Both the position numbers and the translations under genes were made by a program. A stretch of 64,000 nt of DNA from positions 5,833-69,832 of the forward strand of contig CALXVS010000004.1 in assembly GCA_944392145.1 (NCBI GenBank). Direction: 5' to 3'. This DNA is from an uncultured Alphaproteobacteria bacterium (GTDB lineage: Bacteria > Pseudomonadota > Alphaproteobacteria > CAAHEQ01 > UBA3637). Below the pieces are notes generated by a model. It ran no database searches. It saw only the letters and a program-made list of their open reading frames with translations, and was not told the DNA's origin. Positions 40,900 to 49,709 of the stretch are shown here, piece after piece; the first letter of the stretch is position 1; every line of letters starts with the position of its first letter.

Positions 40900-41338
40900 T
40901 GGTCGGGGTTAGTAAGATAAAACCGAAAAAAATATACACTTTTTCTCACTAACTTTTTTCATAAGTTTAATCTACTTCAGAATTTTGTAATTTACAATAC
41001 CATTTTTTTATTTTTTGACTGATACCTTGGATTGTTCATAACTATCTAAGTTAGATGATAACTCTTTTTTTGAATAAGTTTTTTATTTATTTTCAATGAA
41101 TTATAAAATAATCAAAAAATTTTTCACCTGTTTGGTACTTTTTTGCCTCCTTGTGGATTTTTACCTTTCGAAAGGAGGTCAAAATGACCCTAGCAGAAAA
41201 TTTAGTAAAAACCATACTGCCGGAATTTTTAACATATTTAGATAAGTTAGAAAAAGGCGAAATAGTTGAGAAAGAACTGGATATAAATAAAAATCCAAGC
41301 ATTCATAGCGATGTAAACAAATCGAAAGGAGTCGAAAA

Positions 41339-41747
41339 ATGCAGTTAGCACTAGAAATCGCAAGATTAGAAACACTTCCGCTTACCGAATTACGTCGTTT
41401 ATGGAAGCATTACTTTAAAACCGATTGTGAAATCCAAAAAAAAGGATTATTACATTTCAAGAATTGCCTATCGTATGCAAGAACTGGAATTAGGCGGTTT
41501 GAAAGCATCAACTAAAAAGATGATTGCAGAAATTTGTGAGTCAACAAAAAAGCATAAAGCACTACCACCATACGGAACACGAATTGTTCGTGAATATAAA
41601 GGTGTTGAACACTCAGTCAAAATAGTTATGGGGGGCTTTGAATATAATGGAATGAAATATAAAAGTCTGTCCAGTATCGCAAAATTGATAACCGGTAGCA
41701 AAATATCGGGAAACTACTTTTTTGGATTAGAACGATATAAGGAGTAA
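41339..41747 (+). pseudogene. DUF2924-like recombinase-associated protein, frameshifted in an A8 run (41436-41443)
   Basis: Frame 1 gives MQLALEIARLETLPLTELRRLWKHYFKTDCEIQKK…. Frame 2 (ORF 41427-41747) continues …DYYISRIAYRMQELELGGLK…GTRIVREYKGVEHSVKIV…FFGL. Together they give a contiguous DUF2924 profile. Confidence 0.5.
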
Positions 41748-41749
41748 AC

Positions 41750-42142
41750 ATGGAACAGAAAACAATCAGATGTGCAGTATACACTCGTAAATCAACAGAA
41801 GAAGGGTTAGACAAGGAGTTTAACACTTTAGAAGCTCAACGAGAGGCTGGTGAAAACTATATCAAAAGCCAAAAACAACAAGGTTGGATCTTGCTTCCAC
41901 AGCATTATGATGATGGTGGTTATAGCGGTGGCACATTAAAACGTCCTGCCCTTCAAAGTCTATTGTCAGATGTGCAAAATGGTAATGTTGATATGATTGT
42001 TGTTTATAAAATTGACCGCTTAACCCGTTCTTTGCTAGATTTTTCACAACTGATTAAAACGCTTGATGCACATAATTGTTCTTTTGTTTCTGTTACACAA
42101 AATTTTAACACTTGCGATTCCATGGGTAAGCCGCCATTGTGA
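41750..42142 (+). pseudogene. Large serine recombinase, N-terminal catalytic domain only (130 aa, truncated)
   Basis: 'CAVYTRKSTEE…GYSGGTLKRPALQSLL…DMIVVYKIDRLTRS' resolvase-domain signature. Ends after 130 aa where portal homology begins. Confidence 0.6.
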
Positions 42143-42792
42143 ATGCAATGATTGCCGCATTTATTGAAACGCCGATGGATAATGAAGGCTTAAACGAACT
42201 GTTCGGTGGTTCAAGCGACGAATACTTGAATGCCAAAAAAGATTGGCAGGTCAAGTTAGAGGGTGGATCGATTATTCCGATATTCCCCGGAGATAAGGTC
42301 GCCCCATTTACCCCGTCTCGCCCGAACTCGGCATATGGTGCTTTCGTTGAAAACTTGCTCCGACACATCGGAACCGGATTAAACATTCCGTATGAGTTGC
42401 TGTTAAAAGACTTCTCAAAGACCAATTATTCGTCCGCTCGTTCTGCTTTATTAGAGGCTTGGCGATATTTCAACGGCCACCGGCAATGGCTGTCCGATTA
42501 CTGGGCAACACCGGTTTATGAACTATGGCTTGAAGAAGCTGTCAATAAGGGACTGGTTGATGCTCCGGACTTTTATGAGAACCGCTACGCATATACAAGA
42601 TGTAAGTGGATCGGTCCGGGTCGTGGTTGGGTGGATCCTGTCAAAGAGGCACAAGCCTGCCAAATCCGAATGGAGATAGGACTTTCAACATTAGAGGCCG
42701 AATGTGCCGGTCAAGGCTTGGACTGGGAAGAAGTTTTAGAGCAAAGAGCAAGAGAAAAGGAACGTATGAAAAAACTTTTTAACGAGCGTTGA
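42139..42792 (+). pseudogene. Phage portal protein (lambda gpB-like) C-terminal fragment
   Basis: C-terminal '…WIGPGRGWVDPVKEAQA…' block typical of lambda-family portals. N-terminal ~300 aa absent. Confidence 0.5.
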
Positions 42793-43134
42793 TAGCGAGG
42801 AAAATTAGTTTTTCTGGTTCCTTTCGCCGGATTACCGGTAAAATGCTGATAATAAAACATGCGACAGGCAAACTGCCAAACTCGCCGAATTAGGTTTAAC
42901 TTTAGGAGATTTAACCCGAAAGGAGGAAAAAACGATACAAAATGATGATGAAATACAGACTATAGAATAAAATTTTTATATATTTTGTAATTTTTATTGA
43001 ATTATTTGGGAATATCTGGGAAATTTTCTATTTTGCAAAATAGCAAAAATGCAAAAAAATAAAATAGGACTTGCTTTTATGTTTGTTTTTGGCTATATTG
43101 GAGTCATATTCCATTTTAGCCAAAAGGATGTCTT

Positions 43135-44358
43135 ATGTATCAAAGAACTTTATCACGTCATCTTGACCGATTAACTAAAAATTTTCCAGTATTATTAATT
43201 ACCGGCCCTCGTCAGGTCGGTAAATCAACGTTATTAGAAACTTATATTTCTGATAAATATAATCGTGTTACATTGGACGATTTGAATGAACGAGCAAAGG
43301 CAATTAATGATCCTGCTTTATTTTTGCAGGAACATCAACCCCCCGTTTTAATCGATGAAGTACAATATGCACCGGAACTTTTTAGTTATATAAAAATATA
43401 TGTTGATCAAAACAGAGATAAAAAAGGATTGTTTTTATTGACCGGTTCACAAAAATTTCATCTTATGAAAGGAATTCAAGAAACTTTGGCAGGTCGAGTA
43501 GCAATACTTGATTTATTGGGGTTGTCCAATCAAGAAATAAACAATCATCCTGATACTGTTCCTTTCCTTCCAACGGATGATTTTATTGATGAACTGAAAA
43601 AACAAAAAAAATCTCAAAGCACATTGCAAACGGTTTATACAAATATTTTTAACGGTTCTTTCCCTGAACTGGTAAGCAGAAACGGTGAAGACAGAGATAT
43701 TTATTACAGTTCTTATGTGAAAACATATATAGACCGAGATGTAAAAGGTTCTTATAATATATCTGACGCTATCAGATTTAATAATTTTATAAAAGCAGTG
43801 GCTGCACGAACTGGTCAATTATTAAACATTGCAGATATTGCCAGAGATGTATCTATTGATAATAAAACGGCCCAATCTTGGTTAAATATTTTAGAAGCTT
43901 CCGGTTTGGTGTATTTATTACATCCTTACTACAATAATATCACTAATCGTATTATAAAAACACCAAAGATTTATTTTTTGGATACAGGGTTATGTGCATA
44001 TTTAACAGGTTGGGATGCTCCAAAATCTCTTGAAGCGGGTGCTATGAGTGGAGCGATACTGGAGACATACGTGTTATCTGAAATACTCAAATCATATTGG
44101 CATAATGCTAAAGAACCAAATATTTATTTTTACAGAGATAAAGATGCTAAAGAAATTGATTTTATCATAGAGGCGAATAATACAATTTATCCGATAGAGG
44201 TAAAGAAAACAATGATGCCTGATTTAAATGCTTATAAAAACTTTAATGTACTTGAAAAACTGCAAAAGCCAATAGCAAAAGGTGTTGTTTTATGTTTAAA
44301 ACAGGAAGTATCTTTTATTTCTAGAGAAATTGTTGCAATACCTATTGCATTTATTTAA
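43135..44358 (+). CDS. AAA+ ATPase with DUF4143-like C-terminal domain
   Basis: Walker A 'GPRQVGKST', Walker B 'VLIDEVQ'. Widespread orphan ATPase family. Confidence 0.6.
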   Translation: MYQRTLSRHLDRLTKNFPVLLITGPRQVGKSTLLETYISDKYNRVTLDDLNERAKAINDPALFLQEHQPPVLIDEVQYAPELFSYIKIYVDQNRDKKGLFLLTGSQKFHLMKGIQETLAGRVAILDLLGLSNQEINNHPDTVPFLPTDDFIDELKKQKKSQSTLQTVYTNIFNGSFPELVSRNGEDRDIYYSSYVKTYIDRDVKGSYNISDAIRFNNFIKAVAARTGQLLNIADIARDVSIDNKTAQSWLNILEASGLVYLLHPYYNNITNRIIKTPKIYFLDTGLCAYLTGWDAPKSLEAGAMSGAILETYVLSEILKSYWHNAKEPNIYFYRDKDAKEIDFIIEANNTIYPIEVKKTMMPDLNAYKNFNVLEKLQKPIAKGVVLCLKQEVSFISREIVAIPIAFI

Positions 44359-44492
44359 GTATCTATCAAACAAAACAAAGCCTCACTTCTCGTGGGGCTT
44401 TTTTGTTATCCAAAACACAAAAAGTAAAGGTTATCAATTTATCCTTTACTTTCTCAAAAAGAAAGTAAAGGTTTTCATTTAAGTGAAAGGAA

Positions 44493-45398
44493 ATGAGAAT
44501 GAAACTATTAAACAAGACCGTTTGGGCAATAACGCCAGAGATGTTGCAGACGATGATGACGATAGCGAGGCAGAACAACAAAAGCCCTGAAGCAGTCGCC
44601 AGTCAAATTGGTAAAGAGATGAAAAACACAAACGCCGTTTCTATCCGAGACGGCGTTGCTGTTATCAGGGTTGCCGGCCCATTGTTCAGGTATGCAAACC
44701 TGTTAACTCGCATTTGTGGTGCAACCTCTTACGAGCTTTTCGCTCAGGACTTTAATAAAGCCCTCAAAGACCCGACAGTTCAAGCCATTTTGCTTGATGT
44801 TGACAGTCCGGGTGGCGAAGTAAACGGCTGTTCGGAAGTTGCCGATATGATTTATAAGGCTCGTGGCACAAAGCCGATTGTCGCTTATGCATCCGGTTAC
44901 TGTTGCTCGGGTGCTTATTGGATCGCCTCAGCCTGTGACAAGATTTATGCAACCGATACGGCCGTCATTGGCTCAATCGGTGTCGTTTCCATTTTTGAAA
45001 AGGATGATGAAAACAAAACCATAGAGATTGTTTCATCGCAAAGTCCGAATAAACGACCCAATGTGGAAACCGAGGAAGGTAAAGCCAAAATTCAAGAACA
45101 CGTTGATGCGTTGGCTGATGTTTTTATCAATAAAGTTGCACTTAACAGGGATATCTCCCCGGAAGAAGTTATCGAAAACTTTGGTGGTGGAGATGTGTTT
45201 GTTGGGCAAAAAGCCGTCACTATCGGTCTGGCGGACGGCTTGTCCTCATTCGAGGAATTAGTGTCAGACCTTAACACAGGGACGTATTACCAGTTAATAG
45301 GCAAAAATGGCAAGAGTAAAAATTGTTTTAGAACAATGGATTTTTCACAAAGTGTAACCCTGGGAACATCAGGTGGGGCTCTGATTGGCTCGGATTAA
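44493..45398 (+). CDS. S49-family serine peptidase (phage prohead protease gpC / SppA-like)
   Basis: '…LLDVDSPGGEV…' and '…GYCCSGAYWIASACDKIYA…' S49 catalytic blocks. Confidence 0.65.
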   Translation: MRMKLLNKTVWAITPEMLQTMMTIARQNNKSPEAVASQIGKEMKNTNAVSIRDGVAVIRVAGPLFRYANLLTRICGATSYELFAQDFNKALKDPTVQAILLDVDSPGGEVNGCSEVADMIYKARGTKPIVAYASGYCCSGAYWIASACDKIYATDTAVIGSIGVVSIFEKDDENKTIEIVSSQSPNKRPNVETEEGKAKIQEHVDALADVFINKVALNRDISPEEVIENFGGGDVFVGQKAVTIGLADGLSSFEELVSDLNTGTYYQLIGKNGKSKNCFRTMDFSQSVTLGTSGGALIGSD

Positions 45399-45402
45399 AA
45401 CA

Positions 45403-45433
45403 GGACGGAAAAGAACAAGATCCGTCCTTTTGT
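45403..45433 (+). terminator. Hairpin AGGACGGA-(12 nt)-TCCGTCCT followed by TTTT
   Basis: Directly after the S49 peptidase stop. Confidence 0.4.
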
Positions 45434-45466
45434 GTATTTATATCGGCCGTTTATGGTATTCGTGCG

Positions 45467-45733
45467 TTGGCAAGATTACTGCAAAACTATCAACGGATCC
45501 ATGGCTTAGATACGCCAAGAAAGATAATCAGCCGATACGCTCCGCCGAGTGAAAACCAAACACAAGCCTACATCCAAAGTGTGGCCGCTCAGCTTGGTAT
45601 CACACCGGATGGTAAAGTTGATTTGACCGAAATCGGTACTTTAACTGTGTTTATCAAGGCCATAATTCGTCATGAAAACGGAATGCAACCTTATTCAAAC
45701 GAAACCATTCAGAAAGGAATTGCTTTGCTATGA
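45467..45733 (+). CDS. Phage-associated protein fragment (88 aa)
   Basis: 'RYAPPSENQTQAYIQSVAAQLGITPDGKVDL…' block. Precedes the lysis-like genes. Identity uncertain. Confidence 0.25.
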   Translation: MARLLQNYQRIHGLDTPRKIISRYAPPSENQTQAYIQSVAAQLGITPDGKVDLTEIGTLTVFIKAIIRHENGMQPYSNETIQKGIALL

Positions 45734-45909
45734 AACGGAAATGGATACCAACAATCGGTTGGATTTTGTGCTACGGGATATTCCACAATTGTGTGGTTGT
45801 CCCGTTTTTTAGTGTCCCAAACGTGGATTGGGAGTATCTGCTGATGGGACTGGGTATTGTGCTTGGCGTAAGCGGAGTACGAGATATTGGGTTAAAGAAA
45901 GGAAAATAA
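45730..45909 (+). CDS. Small two-TM membrane protein (59 aa), holin-like
   Basis: Found manually (below the ORF-track threshold): MKRKWIPTIGWILCYGIFHNCVVVPFF…WEYLLMGLGIVLGVSGV…KKGK. ATGA-coupled to the upstream gene. Confidence 0.3.
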   Translation: MKRKWIPTIGWILCYGIFHNCVVVPFFSVPNVDWEYLLMGLGIVLGVSGVRDIGLKKGK

Positions 45910-46025
45910 ACGAGGTAATTGCTTTATTTTCGAACGGGGTTAGTGAGAAAATTTAGCAATACCGGTTTATTTGCCCGATTCAACAAAAAAAATCTAAACA
46001 CAAGAAAAATGGAAGGGAAACTACA

Positions 46026-46247
46026 ATGTTAGCACTCATAACAACGGCTTGGAATAAAGCAAAGTATTGGATTATAGGTGGTGGTTTGGCAATTTTATAT
46101 TTGCTTGGCTACCAAAAAGGAAAACATAAAGAGCAAGTGAAAGTAATGAAAGGAACGGTGGACAATGTCAAAACGGCTAAAAGAAGTCGGGATAGCCTGG
46201 CTGATCCTGAGCGCGTTAAGCGGTTGCACAACAAATATAAACGGTGA
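46026..46247 (+). CDS. Single-TM protein with highly basic tail (73 aa), holin or i-spanin-like
   Basis: TM 'YWIIGGGLAILYLLGY', then a K/R-rich C-terminus. Confidence 0.35.
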   Translation: MLALITTAWNKAKYWIIGGGLAILYLLGYQKGKHKEQVKVMKGTVDNVKTAKRSRDSLADPERVKRLHNKYKR

Positions 46248-46359
46248 TTTTTGCCTTTTATATGAACCGGTGTATGCAGATTATGAGCACGACACCCCCG
46301 AAACAGTCCGTCAAATTGATAGAAACAATGTGGTTTACGATGATTTATGTAAAAATTAA
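46165..46359 (+). CDS. Small lipoprotein (64 aa) overlapping the previous gene out of frame, o-spanin (Rz1)-like
   Basis: MSKRLKEVGIAWLILSALSGC (lipobox LSGC). Starts inside 46026-46247 in the +1 frame, the embedded/overlapped spanin architecture. Confidence 0.4.
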   Translation: MSKRLKEVGIAWLILSALSGCTTNINGDFCLLYEPVYADYEHDTPETVRQIDRNNVVYDDLCKN

Positions 46360-46456
46360 AAGATTTTGTTTGACTTTTCTTGCAAAAATGGCTCGAATTA
46401 TAGGCAGAGGTGTCATGAACCTCTGTAATCTTAATATTAAGAAAGGAAAATTAAAC

Positions 46457-46729
46457 ATGAATAAAACAGAATTTGTTGAAGCTATTGCTAAAACATCCGG
46501 TTTGACCAAAGCTGATGCTGGTCGTGCTGTTGCCGCCGCCATCGAAGTGGTCACAAAAGCCTTGAAAAAAGGTGATGCAGTTCAAATCACAGGTTTCGGT
46601 ACATTCGGCGTTGCTAAACGCGCCGCTCGTAAAGGCCGCAATCCTGCTACTGGCAAAGAAATTAAGATCGCCGCTTCTAAGGCTCCTAAGTTCAAAGCCG
46701 GTGCAGTTTTGAAAAAAGCTGTAAAGTAA
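46457..46729 (+). CDS. hupB: DNA-binding protein HU (90 aa)
   Basis: MNKTEFVEAIAK…GFGTFGVAKRAARKGRNPATGKEIKIAASKAPKFKAG. RBS AAAGGAAAA. The ORF-track N-extension is spurious. Confidence 0.85.
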   Translation: MNKTEFVEAIAKTSGLTKADAGRAVAAAIEVVTKALKKGDAVQITGFGTFGVAKRAARKGRNPATGKEIKIAASKAPKFKAGAVLKKAVK

Positions 46730-46749
46730 GTCAAATTTATCTTACTATA

Positions 46750-46781
46750 CCTCACAGGTTTTATCCCCGTGAGGTTTTTTT
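46750..46781 (+). terminator. Rho-independent terminator after hupB (CCTCAC…GTGAGG + T7)
   Basis: 6-9 bp GC stem followed by TTTTTTT. Confidence 0.6.
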
Positions 46782-46861
46782 GTTGCATTTTAATCTGCCA
46801 TGGGTTATAATGGGCGTGCTTGGTTAGTTATGCCCAATCAGGCTAGGATTCGATAAGTCCG

Positions 46862-46998
46862 ATTATCAGTATGGGCAGAAGGTATTTCTGTCGGCATCCG
46901 CCATGGATACGCCGAAAGATTGTGTTAGTTCATGGGTGGATGCCTGCCGAATAAGGTATCCACCCCAATAAGGCAGGACTATTTCTCATACTGATAAT
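46862..46998 (+). other. Structured intergenic element (candidate cis-regulatory RNA/sRNA) closed by a 12-bp long-range stem
   Basis: 'ATTATCAGTATG' (46862-73) pairs with 'CATACTGATAAT' (46987-98). Internal hairpins include GGCATCC/GGATGCC, GGGTGGAT/ATCCACCC (overlapping, mutually exclusive) and CCTGCC/GGCAGG. Confidence 0.3.
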
Positions 46999-47069
46999 AG
47001 TTTATCGACATCCACCCGCCTCATCACAGGTGGGTAAATTGTTGATATGGGGCGTATGAAGGGTGGATC

Positions 47070-47510
47070 ATGGGCAAGATATGCTCGTTTTTTGGACACA
47101 GTCATTTATATGGACAATCAGAAAGTATTGTCCATCAATTAAGGCAAATCATTATCAATTTAATTGGAAAAGGCGTTGATACCTTTTACGTTGGCAATCA
47201 TGGTGAGTTTGATATTTTTGCCAGCCGGGTAGCCTATGATCTGAAAAGTTTATATCCTAACATCCAAATCATTGTTGTTTTATGTTATCCAAATGAGTTG
47301 CAATACTTAAAATGTGCCTTCACGGATTTTTTGATGCCTCCGGAAATAGAAGCGGTCCCCAAACGGGCTTGCATTGTAACTCGCAATCATTGGGTTGCTG
47401 ATAATTCTGACTACGTCGTCTGCTTTATCAAATACAAAATGGGTGGAGCCTATGCGGCTATCGAATACGCCCAAAAGCACCATAAACAAATTATAGAGGT
47501 AAGAGCATGA
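47070..47510 (+). CDS. YpsA/DUF1273-like (SLOG-family) Rossmann-fold protein
   Basis: 'FFGHSH…YVGNHGEFDIFASRVAYDLKSLYPNIQIIVVLCYPNE' resembles the DUF1273 pattern. Confidence 0.35.
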   Translation: MGKICSFFGHSHLYGQSESIVHQLRQIIINLIGKGVDTFYVGNHGEFDIFASRVAYDLKSLYPNIQIIVVLCYPNELQYLKCAFTDFLMPPEIEAVPKRACIVTRNHWVADNSDYVVCFIKYKMGGAYAAIEYAQKHHKQIIEVRA

Positions 47511-47609
47511 AGCAAGCAGGCATTCGTCACATTTTGGCCGAACGGTTGACTTCGCAAGGGAAGACAGATAAAATTGGCCCGGTAAAAACTCTTAAAGAAT
47601 GGTGTAAAA

Positions 47610-48203
47610 ATGCGTAAAAATCAAGTCAGTCGAAATCAAAGGATTCATATTCCCAAAAAAGTGGAAGATGCTTCGGTACAATTAATGTTACCGGTAGATG
47701 TTGCTTCTGTAAAGCAAGCATTTGCAACAGCTAATGACAAACGATTTAAATATGCTGATGCGCTGGATCAAGCAACCAAAGAAGATCCGGAATTGCATCA
47801 AATTTCAACAATTCCAAGCGATTCAAGCGAATTAATTGTTATAACGAAACTTAAAAAACTGGGGGCTTATATTCTAGCCGTGACGGTTAAATCGCCGGCC
47901 AAATTCAGACCTGTTTTTATCAATCGGATGCAAAATTACAGCTTGTCGGCTTTGGAAAATTTATTGAATGCTAATTTTATTCGGATGGATAGCCCCGAAC
48001 ATAAAGCCCAGCGAGAAAAGCATCAAACGGATGCACTCATTCAGTTAAAAATGGTGGCATATGTTGCAATGCTGTCGGAAAATGCAAAGTGTATTTTGAT
48101 GAGGCAGTATAAACAAATATCAATTCAGGTTGGTGAAATTATTAACCTGATTATGGCATGGAAAAAAAGTGATGATAAACAATGGCAAACAAAAAAGTTT
48201 TGA
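47610..48203 (+). CDS. avd: DGR accessory variability determinant (Avd)-like protein with N-terminal extension
   Basis: C-terminal '…DALIQLKMVAYVAMLSENAKCILMRQYKQISIQVGEIINLIMAWKK' aligns with the BPP-1 Avd helices ('DAGLAMLRFWLRFL…QVLIAEVGRILGSWIAR'). Ends 40 bp before TR. Confidence 0.55.
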   Translation: MRKNQVSRNQRIHIPKKVEDASVQLMLPVDVASVKQAFATANDKRFKYADALDQATKEDPELHQISTIPSDSSELIVITKLKKLGAYILAVTVKSPAKFRPVFINRMQNYSLSALENLLNANFIRMDSPEHKAQREKHQTDALIQLKMVAYVAMLSENAKCILMRQYKQISIQVGEIINLIMAWKKSDDKQWQTKKF

Positions 48204-48243
48204 ATCCGAAAGGATCAAAAAAGGGAAAGTTGATAATGCGTAT

Positions 48244-48362
48244 TGTGCCTCTTGGTCCGCGTCTTCAAATGAAAATGAAAACGTGCGTTGCGTCAACTAT
48301 AAGGACGATAAGAACTGGAATAACACGAATAAACGTAAAATCTCGGCGCGCCCCGATTTGCT
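48244..48362 (+). repeat. DGR template repeat (TR), 119 bp
   Basis: Matches 49868-49986 with ~21 mismatches, ~20 of them at TR adenines. 3' GC-rich 'TCTCGGCGCGCCCCG' IMH*-like end. The overlapping ORF 48169-48561 is regarded as spurious. Confidence 0.85.
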
Positions 48363-48610
48363 TTTAAGGAGAACAACAAAATGTGGTCGGCAAAGACACA
48401 GATCTCTGAAACAAGCCAGATATGTGGATTTTAGAAAAAATCCGCCCGTGCTCAAAGCAAAGGAAACTTTCTCTTTTCTAACCGCTGTCAGCTTAATGCT
48501 CAGTGCGGTGGAAGAAGTAAAAATGCAGAGTTTGCGTTTTATGGGGTATCACATATATTGACACATTTTGTTTTAATATATTATCGGGTACCCCTTTTTT
48601 ATCAGAAAAG

Positions 48611-49690
48611 ATGACGATGAAGATTGAAGAGATATTTACATTTGAAAACCTGGTTGCGGCTCATAAAGCGTGTCGGCTGAGCAAGCAACATAAACGGGGA
48701 ACAATCATGTTTGAAATTGAGTTGGGGCGTAATGTCACCAATCTGGTCAAACAATTGACGAATAAAACATATCGTTTAAGTCCTTACAGATCCTTTACCA
48801 TTTATGATCCGAAGAAAAGATTAATTGAGGCTTTGCCTTACAAAGACAGAGTGGTTTTAATGTGCTTTTGTCAGCATTCGGTAGCTCCCCGGCTAGAGAG
48901 ACACCTTATTTATGATAATGCCGCCTCACGCAAAGAAAAAGGGACGCATTTTGCGGTGGATCGATTGCATTCATTTATGCGAAAGCTGTACATCAAAAAC
49001 AAAACAAATCGGATTTATTTTTTGAAATGCGATATCAGGAAATATTTTCAAAGCATCAATCATGAGATTTTACTGGAACAGTTGGCCAAAGTCGGTTTTT
49101 CGGCTGATGAGATGTGGTTTTTAAGGATGATTATTGAATCACACGGCTCTATCGGATTGCCCTTGGGTAATCAGACCAGCCAATGGTTTGCCTTGCTGTA
49201 TTTGAACGGAATGGACCGGCTGATTAAAGAACGCCTGCGTATGCTTTACTATGTGCGCTATATGGATGATTTTGTTATCCTAAGCGAAGATAAATCTAAA
49301 TTACAGTTATGCAAACAACAGATTGATGAATATGTTAAAGGGCTGAAGCTCTCCTTAAATCAAAAGACACAAATCGGGCTGTTATCGGATGGTATAGATT
49401 TTTTGGGATTTAACCACAAATTATCGGCCACCGAAAAGATTATTAAATCTCTGCGCGGATCGGCCAAAAGCCGCCAAAGAAAATACCTGAAAGCTATCCG
49501 TCACTACTATTTGAATGATGTTCTTGATGATGAGTACATAGACGTCCGTTTAGCCTCATATCGCGGGCATTTAAAGGGCACTAAGAACTGGCTACATATC
49601 TGCAACCGCTTGACCTCCTTGAAACACGAGAAACGTCGTACAAAAAAATTGTTGCAGAACAATAAATTGTATGATATACTGGGAGTATAA
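48611..49690 (+). CDS. DGR reverse transcriptase
   Basis: 'IFTFENLVAAHKA', 'YRLSPYRSFTIYDPKKRLIEALPYKDRVV', 'LGNQTSQWFALLYL' (DGR-type SQ motif), 'YVRYMDDFVIL' (YxDD), 'GIDFLGF'. Alignable with Bordetella phage bRT. Confidence 0.9.
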   Translation: MTMKIEEIFTFENLVAAHKACRLSKQHKRGTIMFEIELGRNVTNLVKQLTNKTYRLSPYRSFTIYDPKKRLIEALPYKDRVVLMCFCQHSVAPRLERHLIYDNAASRKEKGTHFAVDRLHSFMRKLYIKNKTNRIYFLKCDIRKYFQSINHEILLEQLAKVGFSADEMWFLRMIIESHGSIGLPLGNQTSQWFALLYLNGMDRLIKERLRMLYYVRYMDDFVILSEDKSKLQLCKQQIDEYVKGLKLSLNQKTQIGLLSDGIDFLGFNHKLSATEKIIKSLRGSAKSRQRKYLKAIRHYYLNDVLDDEYIDVRLASYRGHLKGTKNWLHICNRLTSLKHEKRRTKKLLQNNKLYDILGV

Positions 49691-49709
49691 GCTAAATTAG
49701 GAGGCTCGT

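Noticed and set aside
46369-46410. Sigma70-like promoter for hupB (TTGACT … TATAGG)
   Set aside because: Spacing between candidate -35 and -10 hexamers is 21-23 bp by direct count. Not a convincing promoter without transcript data.
48169-48561. 130-aa ORF (and 48182-48367) whose product resembles the DGR target N-terminus
   Set aside because: The similarity exists only because the ORF overlaps the non-coding template repeat. Adenine-rich TR regions often create such ORFs. No independent coding support.
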